This document shows, in pieces, positions 48,571-59,902 of a DNA stretch of 64,000 nucleotides. The position numbers and the translations under genes were made by a program. Under the pieces are notes generated by a model. That model saw only the letters and a program-made list of their open reading frames with translations. It did no database searches and had not been told where the DNA came from. The first letter of the stretch is position 1; each line of letters starts with the position of its first letter. Source of the DNA: Sphaerodactylus townsendi (lineage: Eukaryota); NCBI RefSeq assembly GCF_021028975.2, contig NC_059427.1, forward strand, positions 67,022,001 through 67,086,000, read 5' to 3'.

Positions 48571-51049
48571 CATTGAAAGTGTTGCTGTTTCAGGGTGGGG
48601 GATAATCCACCCCCAAACAGCATCACTTTCAATGTTGTTTTAACTGGGGACCCCAGATTCTCCCTTTAAGGTGGATTTAAAAGGAGAATTTGAGCTCTCT
48701 AGTTTAAACACCATTGAAAGTGATGCAGTTTGGGGGTGGATTCCAGCATCACAGTGGCCGCCCATGGGGGGCCGCAAAACTCAGATTTTGCACCGGGCTC
48801 CATTTTCCCTCTACGCCTCTGCCCAGAGGGGAGGGCAGAAGGAATTGCCAGCTGCCGGCTGGGAGCCCAGCTGGTGGGGGGCGGAGGAGGGCAGGGCAGG
48901 GGAGTCTGCCATCCCCGGCCTCGGAGAGCTGCTTTTATAAGTGCTAAGGCTGAGGGCAGGGGTTGGGAAGGTGTGGCCATGCCCTAAGGGCGGGTGGGGG
49001 TGTTGCCCCACCCCAACCCCCCCCATAAAAAATCTATACCTACATCCCTTCATCTCTGACTTGCTAGTTCCTTCCTATGCCACTTGCAAATCATGTTATT
49101 ACTATCATGTAGTAAAATCAAATGTTTCATTCCAAAATTGCCCTTAGAATTACAGTCTTTATTTTAATTTGCTTTATTTTAATTTCCTTTCATGTCTGTC
49201 CCTACCCTTCCCCCCCCCCCCCCCCCCCCCCGCGCCTCCCAATCAGCTTGTCAATTACTGCTGGCTAACTCCTAATGCAAATAGAAGAGAAGTTGACAGG
49301 AGGCTTCTGGCACACAATTTCCACTGGATGTAAATGGATGTAGAAACAGAACCCCATTGAGTAACTGAGTCTGGTTTGGCTTTCCACCTCAGTTGGCTGC
49401 ATAAGTTGTAATACTGGACTTTCGTTGTAGCATTCCAAGGTGGCTACATAACATCTAAGATCTAAGGGAAATGGCCACAGACGAACTTTTAAAAGAAGCT
49501 CTCTGTCCAGCAGTTTCAGAGGGCTGGATGACAGCATTCTTTATTTCTACTGACTGACAGTGAGAACAAAAGATGTATTAATACATTATTATCTCCTTAT
49601 GGCTTGGCTTCTCTTACTACAATAGGCAGGAACACTTATTTCAGAAGATAGAATTAAAAATAAACAGCCAAAGATACCACTGCTACTATCCTCTAATCAT
49701 AAGTATCCTTTAAAGTAAACCTTTTCTCTGTTTCCCCACACATTGGAATATAAATATGTAAGCCAGACAGTGTATTTTTAGATTTATTGATATAAATATC
49801 AACTTACATACTGAAAGAGAAGGTTACCGTACTTTCTGCTTTTGTCCAAATGGTTTACAATCTGATTTGTTAGTTTTACTGAAGACTATATCCAGAAAAA
49901 TAAAACTATCATCTCTGAAATTTCACTAGGTCTGTTATAGAACAAAACAAACAAGTCACTCCACCAGGAAAATATATTAAATGTATTGCCTAATCAAGGC
50001 CATTGATGATGAAATATCTGGTTCTGTATGTGCCTTGGTTCTGCGTGTGCCCTGGAACAAGCAACTCCTGCAACACTAGCCAACTGGTTGCAACAACTAC
50101 AATCTCAGTGGCCTCATTAAAACAGACATCCACATTTCCATGAAATGAGGAATAGTGATGCACAACTCATAGCATTTCTGTAAGTACGCAACGAAGAAAG
50201 ACTGCAGAAGCATTTCTGAAGATCAGCTTGATCCAATAGGTGGTGTCTAGTTATGGATTTGCACCTAGAAGGTTGAGTCCCAGTTCAGTAGGTGGCTTTG
50301 AGTCACTAGCCAACTTGTAAAATGGATTTAAATGCAACTTCCTCTGAGGATTTTGTTGAGAGGGAATACAATAAGTAAATGCCATAATCCAGCCAGAGCA
50401 AGAGGGTGGGTGTAAATGGGCTATAATTTTAAATTAAACTGGAAATCTGTTGTCCCAGAGGAAATCCATCTTTGTGCTTTTTGATCTCCTGAGAATCGCC
50501 CCAGCAATGCAGTTTTGCTGACCTTTGCAGTAGAATGTAAAAGAGGAAGACCTTTGTCTGCAGCTTAAAGGATTTGGCATGGCCCTGTCCATAGGGACAA
50601 ACTCCCAGCTGCCTACAAATCTACAGAAATAGAAACAGCTTGGCCAGCTGCTCTTTGTAGCACAGGGCCAAAAAAACATTTTGTCAATACATGTGTCTGA
50701 GAAACCATTAGGAGGACACCTAATGAATTGAAGTCCAGAGAGCACGCTAGGAACATACTGGTTTAACTGCCATGACTCCCCACTTCCCAACAGACCAAGT
50801 CCTAGAATTTGCAGTTTGTTGGGAATTATCCTTTAAATCTTCTCACAGCACTACAGTACTCCTAAAGAGACCATTGTTCAATCTGTTTGAATTTTTAGTG
50901 CTGACAACCCCTTAAGAAAGCCTAACACATGCCCCAAAAACGTAAGAGAATAACTATAAAGCCCTATGACTTCACATGGAAGAGGCGCATATGCAATGAA
51001 AGGCAAAAATATGCTACCAACATAAGAAACACCAAAGGATTCTTAGTCC

Positions 51050-51731
51050 TTAACAAATAATTGCCAATAAACCCTTATTCCTACATTATGAGGTATTTAT
51101 GATCTGGATATCCAGTCACTTAGGAGAGCTTTTACACTCGCCAGATGTGATACCCTTCCATTGTAGCGTTAGATGGTAGATAGAAGAAAATACCATATAT
51201 TGGTAGGCTTTGTGCATAAGAGATGGCGGATATAGAGACCCTGTCACACATTTTCCTACGATGTTCCCTGCATAAGGAGATGAAGGTAAAAATGTTTAGC
51301 TCTCTCCCATTAGCAATTTATCTGAAACAGAAAAGCTGTATGAAAAGGTTTTTAGAAGATGATACTCCTAACATCACAAGAGTGGTGGCGAAATTCAGTA
51401 CTTACATTGTTAAAAGTTATAGATATAAACAGGGTAATTTAAACACAAATTGGTGGTAGGCTGTTTGGATTGTCAAGTTTATATTTTGGTTTTAAACATC
51501 ACCAGTGCTATCAGTTTTGAGATTTGATTTTATCTTATGGTTTTAACATTTTGTATCTGTAAAATTCTTGCAGTTTTAAATAATATTCCCAATTTTTTTA
51601 TTTGGAAATTGGAAACTGTATTTAATAATTTGGAAACTGTATTTGGAAATTTGGAAACTGTATTTGGAAATTTGGAAACTGCATTTAATAATTTCTGGTC
51701 TTCGACCATAATAAAACTGATTGATTGATTC
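51050..51731 (+). mobile_element. RTE-X-like LINE 3' fragment
   Basis: Reads RRAFTLARCDTLP..GR*KKIPY..RLC...IETLSHIFLRC (C-terminal zinc-knuckle region); ends GGTCTTCGACCATAATAAAAC(TGAT)n. Confidence 0.7.
51602..51694. repeat. 21-bp tandem repeat (TTGGAAACTGTATTT[AATAAT/GGAAAT]) x ~4
   Basis: Direct reading. Confidence 0.9.
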
Positions 51732-51988
51732 TGAGGTATTCACTGAAACAAGCAGAGCTGTTTTCAGTGGAATTCATCTATTATCGGAGATGTACAAGCA
51801 GAAAAATAGCTTTTCCTGTGTGGTTGTTGTGGGTTTTCTAGGCTGTGTGGCCATGATCTGGTAGTTTTGCCTGCATCTATAAGAGGAATATCATGGTAAG
51901 ATATGCACAGTAAGTTATGCACCAAGACACATGTAAATGTACCTCACCCACTTTCACTTTGAGGCGAACAAAACATATACCCCACCAC

Positions 51989-52360
51989 CAGTCACGTAGC
52001 TACCATGGGACGAGGGCGTTCCAAACCCTGGGTGCATGCCATTGGGGCAGGGGGGGGGCAAAAAATTGCCCCACACACCCCTCCTCTCCTTCTTCCACCT
52101 TGCCAGGCCCAGCAGAGGCCACTCCTGGGTGCCCCTGCCCGGCCCTGCCCCACCAGCCAGGCCCCTGGGGGGCCGCGGCCCTTACCCTGTCCCCCAACTT
52201 GTCTTAATTCAGCCGGAGGCCCAACCAGACTGCTTTTTCAACTGGCTGCTCTTTGCAGCCAGCTAAACTAAGTGGGGGGGTGATGGGGGGCGCGGCTCTA
52301 CGATGGGCAGGGCTTCATGAGGACAGGGCCTGGACACCATTTCCCCCTCCTATGCCACTT
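51989..52360. mobile_element. 372-bp GC-rich non-autonomous hAT
   Basis: Perfect TSD CCCACCAC; termini CAGTCACGTAGC / CCTATGCCACTT. Confidence 0.8.
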
Positions 52361-52411
52361 CCCACCACTCCACACTGTGGCACAGAGAGAAACACATCTC
52401 ACCATGACATA

Positions 52412-52452
52412 CCTCTGAAGATGCCAGCCATAGATGTGGGTGAAACATATGG
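52412..52452 (+). ncRNA. Degenerate hammerhead motif (third copy)
   Basis: CCT-CTGAAGA-TGCCAGCCATAGATGTGGGT-GAAA-CATATGG. Confidence 0.55.
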
Positions 52453-52860
52453 AGCAAAAACCCAACCCAGGCCACATCAGACCACCAGATCAAGGCCACA
52501 CAAGCCAGAAAACCCACAACAGCCATGAAAGCCTTCAACAATAATTTTTTTCCTGTCCTTTCCCCCAACTGCAAAAAGTAAAACATTTCTGAGGTTAAAG
52601 GTCTCTCACCAGCCAACATTCAGATGCGAGCCTTGTTCAATTGTTATGGATACCTAAATGCCCTCAGATTCAGCCCTCCTCTCATACTGGGCTGCCAATG
52701 GGGTGGGGGAGGGAGGACGATACAAAATTCCTGGGGCCCTAGTCAGGTTGAGGGCCCAATGAAGCTCGAATCATCATTTCAAGATTTTTTTACGCTTAGT
52801 GCAGTTCATTACTACAGCCACTAAGGGTGTAGGCAAAGAGGAGCAGATCAAGCAGACATA

Positions 52861-53142
52861 GGGCGTTTCCCCACTCACCCTGATCCCCCCCTATGCCGCG
52901 CACTGCTCTCAGTGCGCTGCATCCCTGGTGCGAGCCCGGGCGTCCCCACGACCCCACGCTCTGTGCGGGATCATCAAAAGGCGCTGTTTTCTCCAGCGCC
53001 AGGGATGCCGTGCGCTGAGGGGGCGCGACAGCTGCAGCTTCGGGGCGGCTGCGCTGTCGCCGCCCCTCTCGTGGGGAGTGCCCAGGACCCCGCGCTACTC
53101 TCCTCAAGTAGTGCGGGGCTTAATGTAAGTGGGGAAAGGCCC
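52861..53142 (+). mobile_element. Harbinger-type MITE copy 3
   Basis: TIR GGGCGTTTCCCCACT / AGTGGGGAAAGGCCC; TSD ATA. Confidence 0.9.
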
Positions 53143-54280
53143 ATAAGCTGTTCCCAGTTGGAACCCTTTTTTTAGCAGTGATTTCTAAAGGGAGTTCTCC
53201 ATATGACTGCAAACTTCTTTAACTACAAGACTGAGGAAAACATTTTCCAATCATGCATTGGCCTGAAACTTGTCAACCAACCTTATATGCCTTCATTTCT
53301 CTCTCCCCCGGTCATCTAATTCTTTCTAGCCTCATTCATTCTCATCTCTGCCCTGGCTGGGGAGTTAAAACTGCTTAGTAGTAGAACAGAAAACCTGTGC
53401 CGAGTTAATATTTCCCAATAATCTATCAAAGTAGCAAAAGAATGATTCCTCCCCATACACACTTTACATGCATTGTGATCTATATTAATCTGCACTTGCA
53501 GTTTTAAATGTGGAACTGTCTTAGGTGAACGCCTTAGTTGCATGCTGCATAATTAATTAATATATATAGCATGCTGCATAATTAATTCATTGAATAAGAT
53601 ACTATCAGGTGACATCTGCTGGTTTAGAAGACTTAAAAATGGAATTAGACAGATTCATGGAGTCCGTGAGTGGTCATTAACTAAACCAAATACAACCTCC
53701 ATGTTCAAGGACAGTAAATACTTGAATGCCAGTTTAGGGGGCAAATTCGGATAAAAATTATTATTCTACTCACAGTAACATAAAGCCAAGTAATATTTGT
53801 TGTGACATTTGTTTTGGATCAGGGTGAAGGAAGGGCCTGTTGGGGCTCTTGGCTGCCCTGCTCTCAGGTCCTGCAGCACGAGCCACCTCTATTTGAGTAC
53901 TCGTATCCAATTGTTTGAAGGCTATGTCGTTTTAGCTGAAATAGAATGTTGCTGTTTTTGTCCCTCGAAGTTATATGGGTTTTACAAATTGTTTCATTGT
54001 TGATGTTTTTTCTTTGTTACCAGCCTTGGGGATTATTTGTTTAGTGGCCAAGCGTTTGGATTCTGGAATTACGCTAAGTACACAGTAAGGCACCAATGAA
54101 TATCGATGCATTTGGAAGACAGACTATAGCCAAGCAAGGGATTACAGCACAGGGACTGGAAAATTGTGGGAGAAGCAAATGTCATAGGCAGAAGAAATTG
54201 ATGCTGTCCTGATGAGCAACTGTCACTTAAATATCTGCACATTCTTTCCTGGCAACTTTTAAGTAAACATTGGTCTAAGA

Positions 54281-54485
54281 CAGGGGTAGGGAACCTGCGG
54301 CTCTCCAGATGTTCAGGAACTACAATTCCCATCAGCCCCTACCAGCATGGCCAATTGGCCATGCTGACAGAGGCTGATGGGAATTGCTCATTCCCTAATT
54401 TATCGGAAACCTGGAGACTAAAATAATGGCCATGCTGACAAACTGATAGATTATGGTCCCTGAACATCTGGAAAACATGATTCTG
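54281..54485. mobile_element. Chimeric copy of the palindromic MITE
   Basis: 54281-54386 is identical to 44759-44864, followed by a diverged right half. Confidence 0.85.
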
Positions 54486-57400
54486 ATCTAGAATGTCTTG
54501 ACATTTTGCTTCCTGATTCCTTAACTTGCACAGAAGACCTATATTATTTCTGTTAAGATAGAGAAATGCCGGATAGAAATACTCTCCTTTCACTGTGGGC
54601 AGAAGAATAAGCTCTTTGTATTTGTAACACAAATAAAATGGTTAGCAAAGAAGGTCATTTCATCAGGTGCCTTGGCTCTCTGGCTCCTTTCTATATTTGG
54701 GTTCATTTGTCCAAACATGTTTCACCTTCTACTCTTATGCAAGAAAAGTACAATCTCTATAGCTGAAATAATATTGCAAATTATGGGATTCTAATCCCAA
54801 GGACACACAAGAAAAAGGGGGAGGGAGTTTTGAAAGAATGATGGGGGAAACCTGAAATGTCTTGATGAATACATCAAAATCTATAAGGGAAGAAACAGAC
54901 TATTCAGACACAGCCATTTGCTGTGGAATCCCCCCCCCACACACACACACACACACAGAGGTCTTTTTAAAAGAGAGCTGAGTTTCATTTAGATAGGCAA
55001 TTGCTGAATGAACTAGATAATAGCTGATGATTTTATGTTCGTTATTGTATCGTGTATGATATTATGGTGTAGACATGTGTATGTGTATCAGAGGCTAGCT
55101 TTTCTTTTTCCTGCAAAAAGAAATGAACTAGAAAATAATAAGCATAATTAATTTTAAAACCCAATGCCCTACCCTATGGCACTATGGCTACATCCACACA
55201 GGGACAATTCTCTGTTGTGCATTCATTGCATCTGCAAATCCGGAGGCATTCACAGTTTCAATAAAGGATCCACACAGGAGTATTCTCCAGTCTTTCCTCT
55301 ATATCCTTTTGTGCCCAACGTTCCACCTACTCCGCAAAGCGATTGTGCAGAAGCAGCAGAAAGTGACTCGTGTCACATATACATACACCTGCTCTGCTGA
55401 CAGTGCTGATGGGGGAGGGGTGACAATCAAACTGCCAGCAGGCTAGCCAATTGCATACATTATTTTGTTTTAATTTACAGAGATCCAGGCCTAGCTAAAT
55501 CATGCCTGCATTAAAACGATATTCATAAATCAAAAATATTTGTTAGAAGTGTAAAAAGGTGTGCCTGTGCCCAGTGGAACATTTGGACTTTTTTTCCAGA
55601 AACAGCAACTGTTGACAGTGCATCACAAACTGCTGGGGGGAAGTCAGTTATTAAAAACAGGAAGGGGGGGGGAGGCAAAGCCCGGACTGACATGTGAAAC
55701 TGGTTGTGCGATACTCTAGGTTATGGCCAATGGCAGAAGTCCTTGTCACAACCTCAAATGAAGAGAAAAACAGAATGCAAACAACTTCTTCTGGGGAAAA
55801 GGATGGGCATCTAAACAAAGACATTCAATCTCCTTATTTTACTCAAAATGCCTGTGGCACATTCGACAGCTCCACCTGTCAATGGCCAGAAGCCAGGGAG
55901 GAGGTCTAGCCCAAGAAGAGAAAAATGCAACAGCACCCAAAAACACACTCCTAGGAATATGCCCATTAGCAATCACGCTGAAGCCATTGATTCAAATGGT
56001 CATATTATGTACATTCTAACATAAAACCCAAAATAGCATTAGCTATTAATTGCAGAATAAAAACAGTAAAACAGACCACCATAAAACATGGGCAAATAAT
56101 ATAAACTTGCCATAATCCAGGAAAAAGCTATGCTGAAGAACTTTCTCTTTGGGTTGGGTTTTTATGTGTGAAGAGGGGTTGAGAGAACACCCAAACACTA
56201 TAGATTAAAATAATGTAAAAATGGTCAACATAATTCTATTTGAAAGAGTTGTTGATGATATATATCGGTTATATATGTATATATAAATAAAAATATGTGT
56301 ATAATATATAGGGGGGTATCATTTTATATTTTTGCCCCTCTTCAAAAAAATGTAGATCCAGCCCTGGAAGGCAGATTGATACAACATTAGAAGCTGGAAC
56401 TGTGTTCAACGAAACACTTGGGGGAGGGCAAAAGAATCACAACAGATCACAACTCACCTCCCTGGCTATGTAATCTAGGCTGACACTGGATCAAGAACCC
56501 AGGTGTAGAAGTATTGATACAACTATTCAAGTAGCACAAGTTAAGAAAGGAACTAAACAAGAAACTAGTCCATCTTCCCTTGTCTTGTCTCCCTCTTATA
56601 GATGTGTCTCTACGGATGTCTCTCCCCCTACACATGGGTAAAGATGGAGTCCATCCAGTCCCTAGAAATCCTCCTTTCTCCAGCATGTCCCTAAGCATCT
56701 CCCATTTCTACTTTCTCCTGAGAGAAGCTGTGTGTTTTTTAAACAGTTGTGCAAGAGTTAGAAATTCAGCAACTACATTTTTTCCTACTATGGTTGGAGA
56801 AGTAAATGATATACATTAGAAAATTTAAAAATACATCATAAATTTGTACAAGATTAAGCATTTGCAACATAGAAATAAACAAGAAATCATAAGGATAATG
56901 TTAAATCACTAAGAAATCACTCAGTTGCTCAACTCACCTTTTTCAAATATGAACTTATTCACATGCATATATGTTGACATACAATGCATAATTATAGTTT
57001 CTACCGTTTCTGTAGCAAGCACGTTGACTTTAAGGTAATGAAGGCAACTCTCCTCCTGTGCTTTGTACCTGTCTACTTTATTGAGAATTACTCTGCCTGA
57101 AAACAGGGGTTATCAAAGCAATCCAGATTCTGTGTCACAAACACTTAAACTCTGATGTCATAATAAATCAATGGAAGCCATACAGTTTATAAAAATGTAT
57201 TCAACATGTATGCATGAATTATTCTGAGTGCATATGTAGCGTGCCCCCTTCCCTTCTCTTTCTCTACTCCATATCTTTATCTCTTTTTTCTCTTTTTGTT
57301 TATTTCTCTATCTTTATTTTGCAGGGTGCCACCAGGAATAAAATTCCAAACACTCTTTTATTTCCCCTTTTATTTTATTCTTTTCTTGGAAGAGTGTATG

Positions 57401-58175
57401 AGAGGTAAGGCAAACGGATGGCATTTGTGGTACTAAGGAAAATCAGGTAGGAATTCCAATATTTCTCTGAACCAAAATAAGATTTTATTTATAACTGGTA
57501 CCGCAGGTAACTTCAAGGTTACAAACAAATTATTTACAAAAATTAAAATAAAATCTAACTGAGGCACTAAATACTTTTAATAACTTCTAATCAGCATCAA
57601 GTCATTCTGGCCCTTTTCACATCTTCTCTATCCCTTATACTGTTCTCTCGGACTGGAATTTAACCCTTTCACTCTTACAAAGAAACTATGTCACCCTTTG
57701 TCACACCCATAAAGCTTCTGTTTTTCTCTGACCTCCAATTCCTGCTCAGAAAGAGTTCTAACACTCTAACTCTGACAGTTTCTATATTCTCCACAGATTA
57801 ATCCATCTCAAAACTAACTTCCATTTCTCCCTCTCTCCTTGTAAAAACCACATCCAAGATTCCTCTCACACAGATCTCTCCCTCTGACTCTACGCTCTCT
57901 TCCCCCCCCCCCCCACAACCCAGGCACTCCTCACAAAAACCAATCACGACTCACCTGCATTTTTCTGGCCACTCCCTCTCTCTCTCCTATTTAGCACTCA
58001 GTTTAAAGACACATAAACCTGTTTCTTGGGTCTCTGCTTATTTAAAGAGAAGAACTTACCCTAGCTGCTTGGTTGCTGTGAGTTCTCAGGGAAATAACAT
58101 CAGTGCTAACAAGACTCCACATATGACAGCATTCACTCCTGACAGACTAAAAAGGGGGTTCTCCTTGTGACTTAC

Positions 58176-58433
58176 CGTGTGAGGATTATCATAGTAGACA
58201 GCAATGGAGCACATCTTTGGAGAGATGCTGCAGCTCTCCGTAAACAGCCTCCCACAGTCACCATAAGGCCCCACCTGGAATTTGTATGCCACAGTGATGT
58301 TGCCAATGGGGGGCAAACCAGCACTAACCACCACTTCTGAGAAGATCCCTGAATAAACAGCAAAGCCGAAGAGCGTCAGCAGCAGAAGTATAACCAGTGC
58401 CACAAACAGTCCAATGAACAGCCAGTCCGACAT
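58176..58433 (-). CDS. TEX264: TEX264 first coding exon (codons 1-86: N-terminal transmembrane anchor and start of GyrI-like domain); the exon including 31 nt of 5' UTR spans 58464-58176
   Basis: Translation MSDWLFIGLFVALVILLLLTLFGFAVYSGIFSEVVVSAGLPPIGNITVAYKFQVGPYGDCGRLFTESCSISPKMCSIAVYYDNPHT closely matches the vertebrate TEX264 N-terminus. ATG in GCCATG context; acceptor ttctctcttgtctctag| before 58464; donor ACG|GTAAG after 58176; 258 nt, phase 0. Confidence 0.97.
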
Positions 58434-58446
58434 GGCTCCTGATGCC

Positions 58447-58461
58447 TCAAACTCTGGTCAT
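58447..58461 (-). promoter_or_regulatory. Upstream ORF (ATG ACC AGA GTT TGA; M-T-R-V-stop) in the TEX264 5' UTR
   Basis: Read directly from the exonic 5' UTR TTG-ATG-ACC-AGA-GTT-TGA-GGCATCAGGAGCC-ATG; it ends 13 nt before the main ATG. Confidence 0.6.
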
Positions 58462-58947
58462 CAACTAGAGACAAGAGAGAAAGGCCAATATTAGATTATG
58501 TAACAGCTTTATCCTATATCTGCTCCTTTCCCACAAGAACACTTTTTCACTTTAGCTTTGATGAACAGTGGGGACCCACAAGGATTTGGGGGAGGCATTT
58601 CATTTTCCTTTCCCCCACTATTTCCTCTTTCCCTTTCCTGAAAGCCCCCATAGCCTCTCCCCTTTTTCTGATTCCTTCTCCACTACTCATCCAACAACTC
58701 TCCCCTGCCCAGCAGCCAGCAGCTAGGAAAACTATGGCCCACTTGAGTGGTGATGGCCACTTGGCCAGGCCCACTTGCATGGCATGGAGCCCTCAAGGAC
58801 TTGTAGGGATCACATCACTTTCCCCTGTATTAACCTCTTATGATATTTCCTCTATCCTTTCCCCGGTCAACCCCTGTATTCTCTCTTTTCTACCTGCCTC
58901 AATCTCTCCTTCTCAACCATTAACCAATTTGCCTCCCTTCATCAGCT

Positions 58948-59152
58948 TTATTTATTGTGTATTTACTTCATTTATACCCCCACCTTTATCCACAGTGGGA
59001 TAGCAGCTTACATTATTTTCCTCTCTTCCTTCTTACCTTCACAACAGTTTAGGCTGAAAATACGTGACTGGTCCAAAATCACCCAGTGAGCCTCCACAGC
59101 AAGATGGGGGTCCCCCAGACATTACTATGAAGTTCTAACTATACACCACACT
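58948..59152 (-). mobile_element. Squam3/MIR-like SINE (degenerate)
   Basis: TTTATACCCCCACCTTT...GCAGCTTACA...GTGACTGGTCCAAAATCACCCAGTGAGC...ACACCACACTG. Confidence 0.7.
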
Positions 59153-59242
59153 GATTGTCATGGGGTGCCTGGTGCTGAAATCCGTAGCAAGCAGCTAGAT
59201 CTATTTGAGTCTTCCAGTTGGTTGACATCAGGTCACCAAGGC

Positions 59243-59448
59243 CTAGGTTTGTCTCCAGAGGGGACATGGAGCTCTCCCAGTATTACAACTGAACTCCAGA
59301 CAAAGAAATCTGTGTCTCTGGAGAAAATGGCTGCTTTGCAATATGGACTCTTTGGCATTATATCCAGGTGAGGCTTCCCCTCTCTCCAAATCATGCCTTC
59401 CTCAGACACTACAACAAAAGCTCCATGAATTGGAGTGGGCAACACTAG
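59243..59448. mobile_element. TAGGGTTGCC-TIR MITE copy (reverse)
   Basis: Reverse homology to 9863-10079, ending GGCAACACTA. Confidence 0.7.
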
Positions 59449-59602
59449 CCGGGCCTGGCCCCAATCCATCTTCCCTCAAAGCTAAAATAGGCCTGGAAAG
59501 GGCCTTGACCCCTCTCCCTTCCTTCTACTCACAGATCCAAGCCTGGAATCTGTGGTTGCCTAGTAATGGCCACTGTGACAATCCATTGCTTAAAACAACA
59601 GA

Positions 59603-59902
59603 GGGCCTTTCCCCACTTCCCTTAAGCCCCGCGCTACTCGAGGAGAGTAGCGCGGGGTCCCTCAGCACTCCCCACACCAGGAGAGAGTGACTGACAGCAA
59701 GCGCGGGCAGCCCAGAAGCTGCTGCTGTCAGCGCCCTCAGCGCGCAGCATCCCAGGCGGCTCTTCTCAGCGGCTGCTGCAGTGGTGGCAGCAGAGCGCGG
59801 AAGGTAGATGAAGACGGCGGTAGCGCACCTGGGATGCCTGGCTTGGCTGGCAGGAGCAGGCGCCGCGGCATAGAGGGGAAGGACGAAAGTGGGGAAAGGC
59901 CC
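59603..59902 (-). mobile_element. Harbinger-type MITE copy 4 (opposite orientation, variant internal half)
   Basis: Perfect TIR GGGCCTTTCCCCACTT / AAGTGGGGAAAGGCCC; TSD AGA. Confidence 0.9.

Larger units (their letters stand above)
47301..49050. mobile_element. 1.75-kb composite non-autonomous hAT containing a Harbinger-type MITE, a SINE and the terminus of the 36730 family
   Basis: TIR CAAGGATGTAGGTA / TACCTACATCCCTT; perfect TSD CATCTCTG (47293-47300, 49051-49058). Confidence 0.88.
51820..52543. mobile_element. Second inverted Penelope-pLTR element (degenerate), interrupted by a hAT
   Basis: Left arm GGTTGTTGTGGGTTTTCTAGGCTGTGTGGCCATGATCTGGTAG; right arm CCTCTGAAGATGCCAGCCATAGATG...AAAACCCACAACAGCC..GAAAGCCTTCAACAATA; homologous to 37309-37595. 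Confidence 0.8.
3863..58175 (-). other. TEX264: TEX264 intron (~54.3 kb, GT-AG)
   Basis: Bounded by a GTAAG donor and a polypyrimidine-TAG acceptor; the protein is contiguous across it (NPHT|VDPEKC), leaving no room for a missing coding exon. Confidence 0.92.

Noticed and set aside
47976-49053. Cluster of overlapping GC-rich ORFs / CpG-island promoter
   Set aside because: Fully explained by GC-rich MITE interiors bounded by TIRs and TSDs.
57395-58060. Possible solo LTR (reverse AATAAA, CCAAT, pyrimidine-rich)
   Set aside because: Could not define TG...CA ends with a matching TSD; the similar candidate at ~17744-18246 has the same problem.
58086-58175. ORF extension beyond the first coding exon (VSHKENPLF...)
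   Set aside because: Read-through into the intron after a canonical GTAAG donor; TEX264 homology stops at NPHT.
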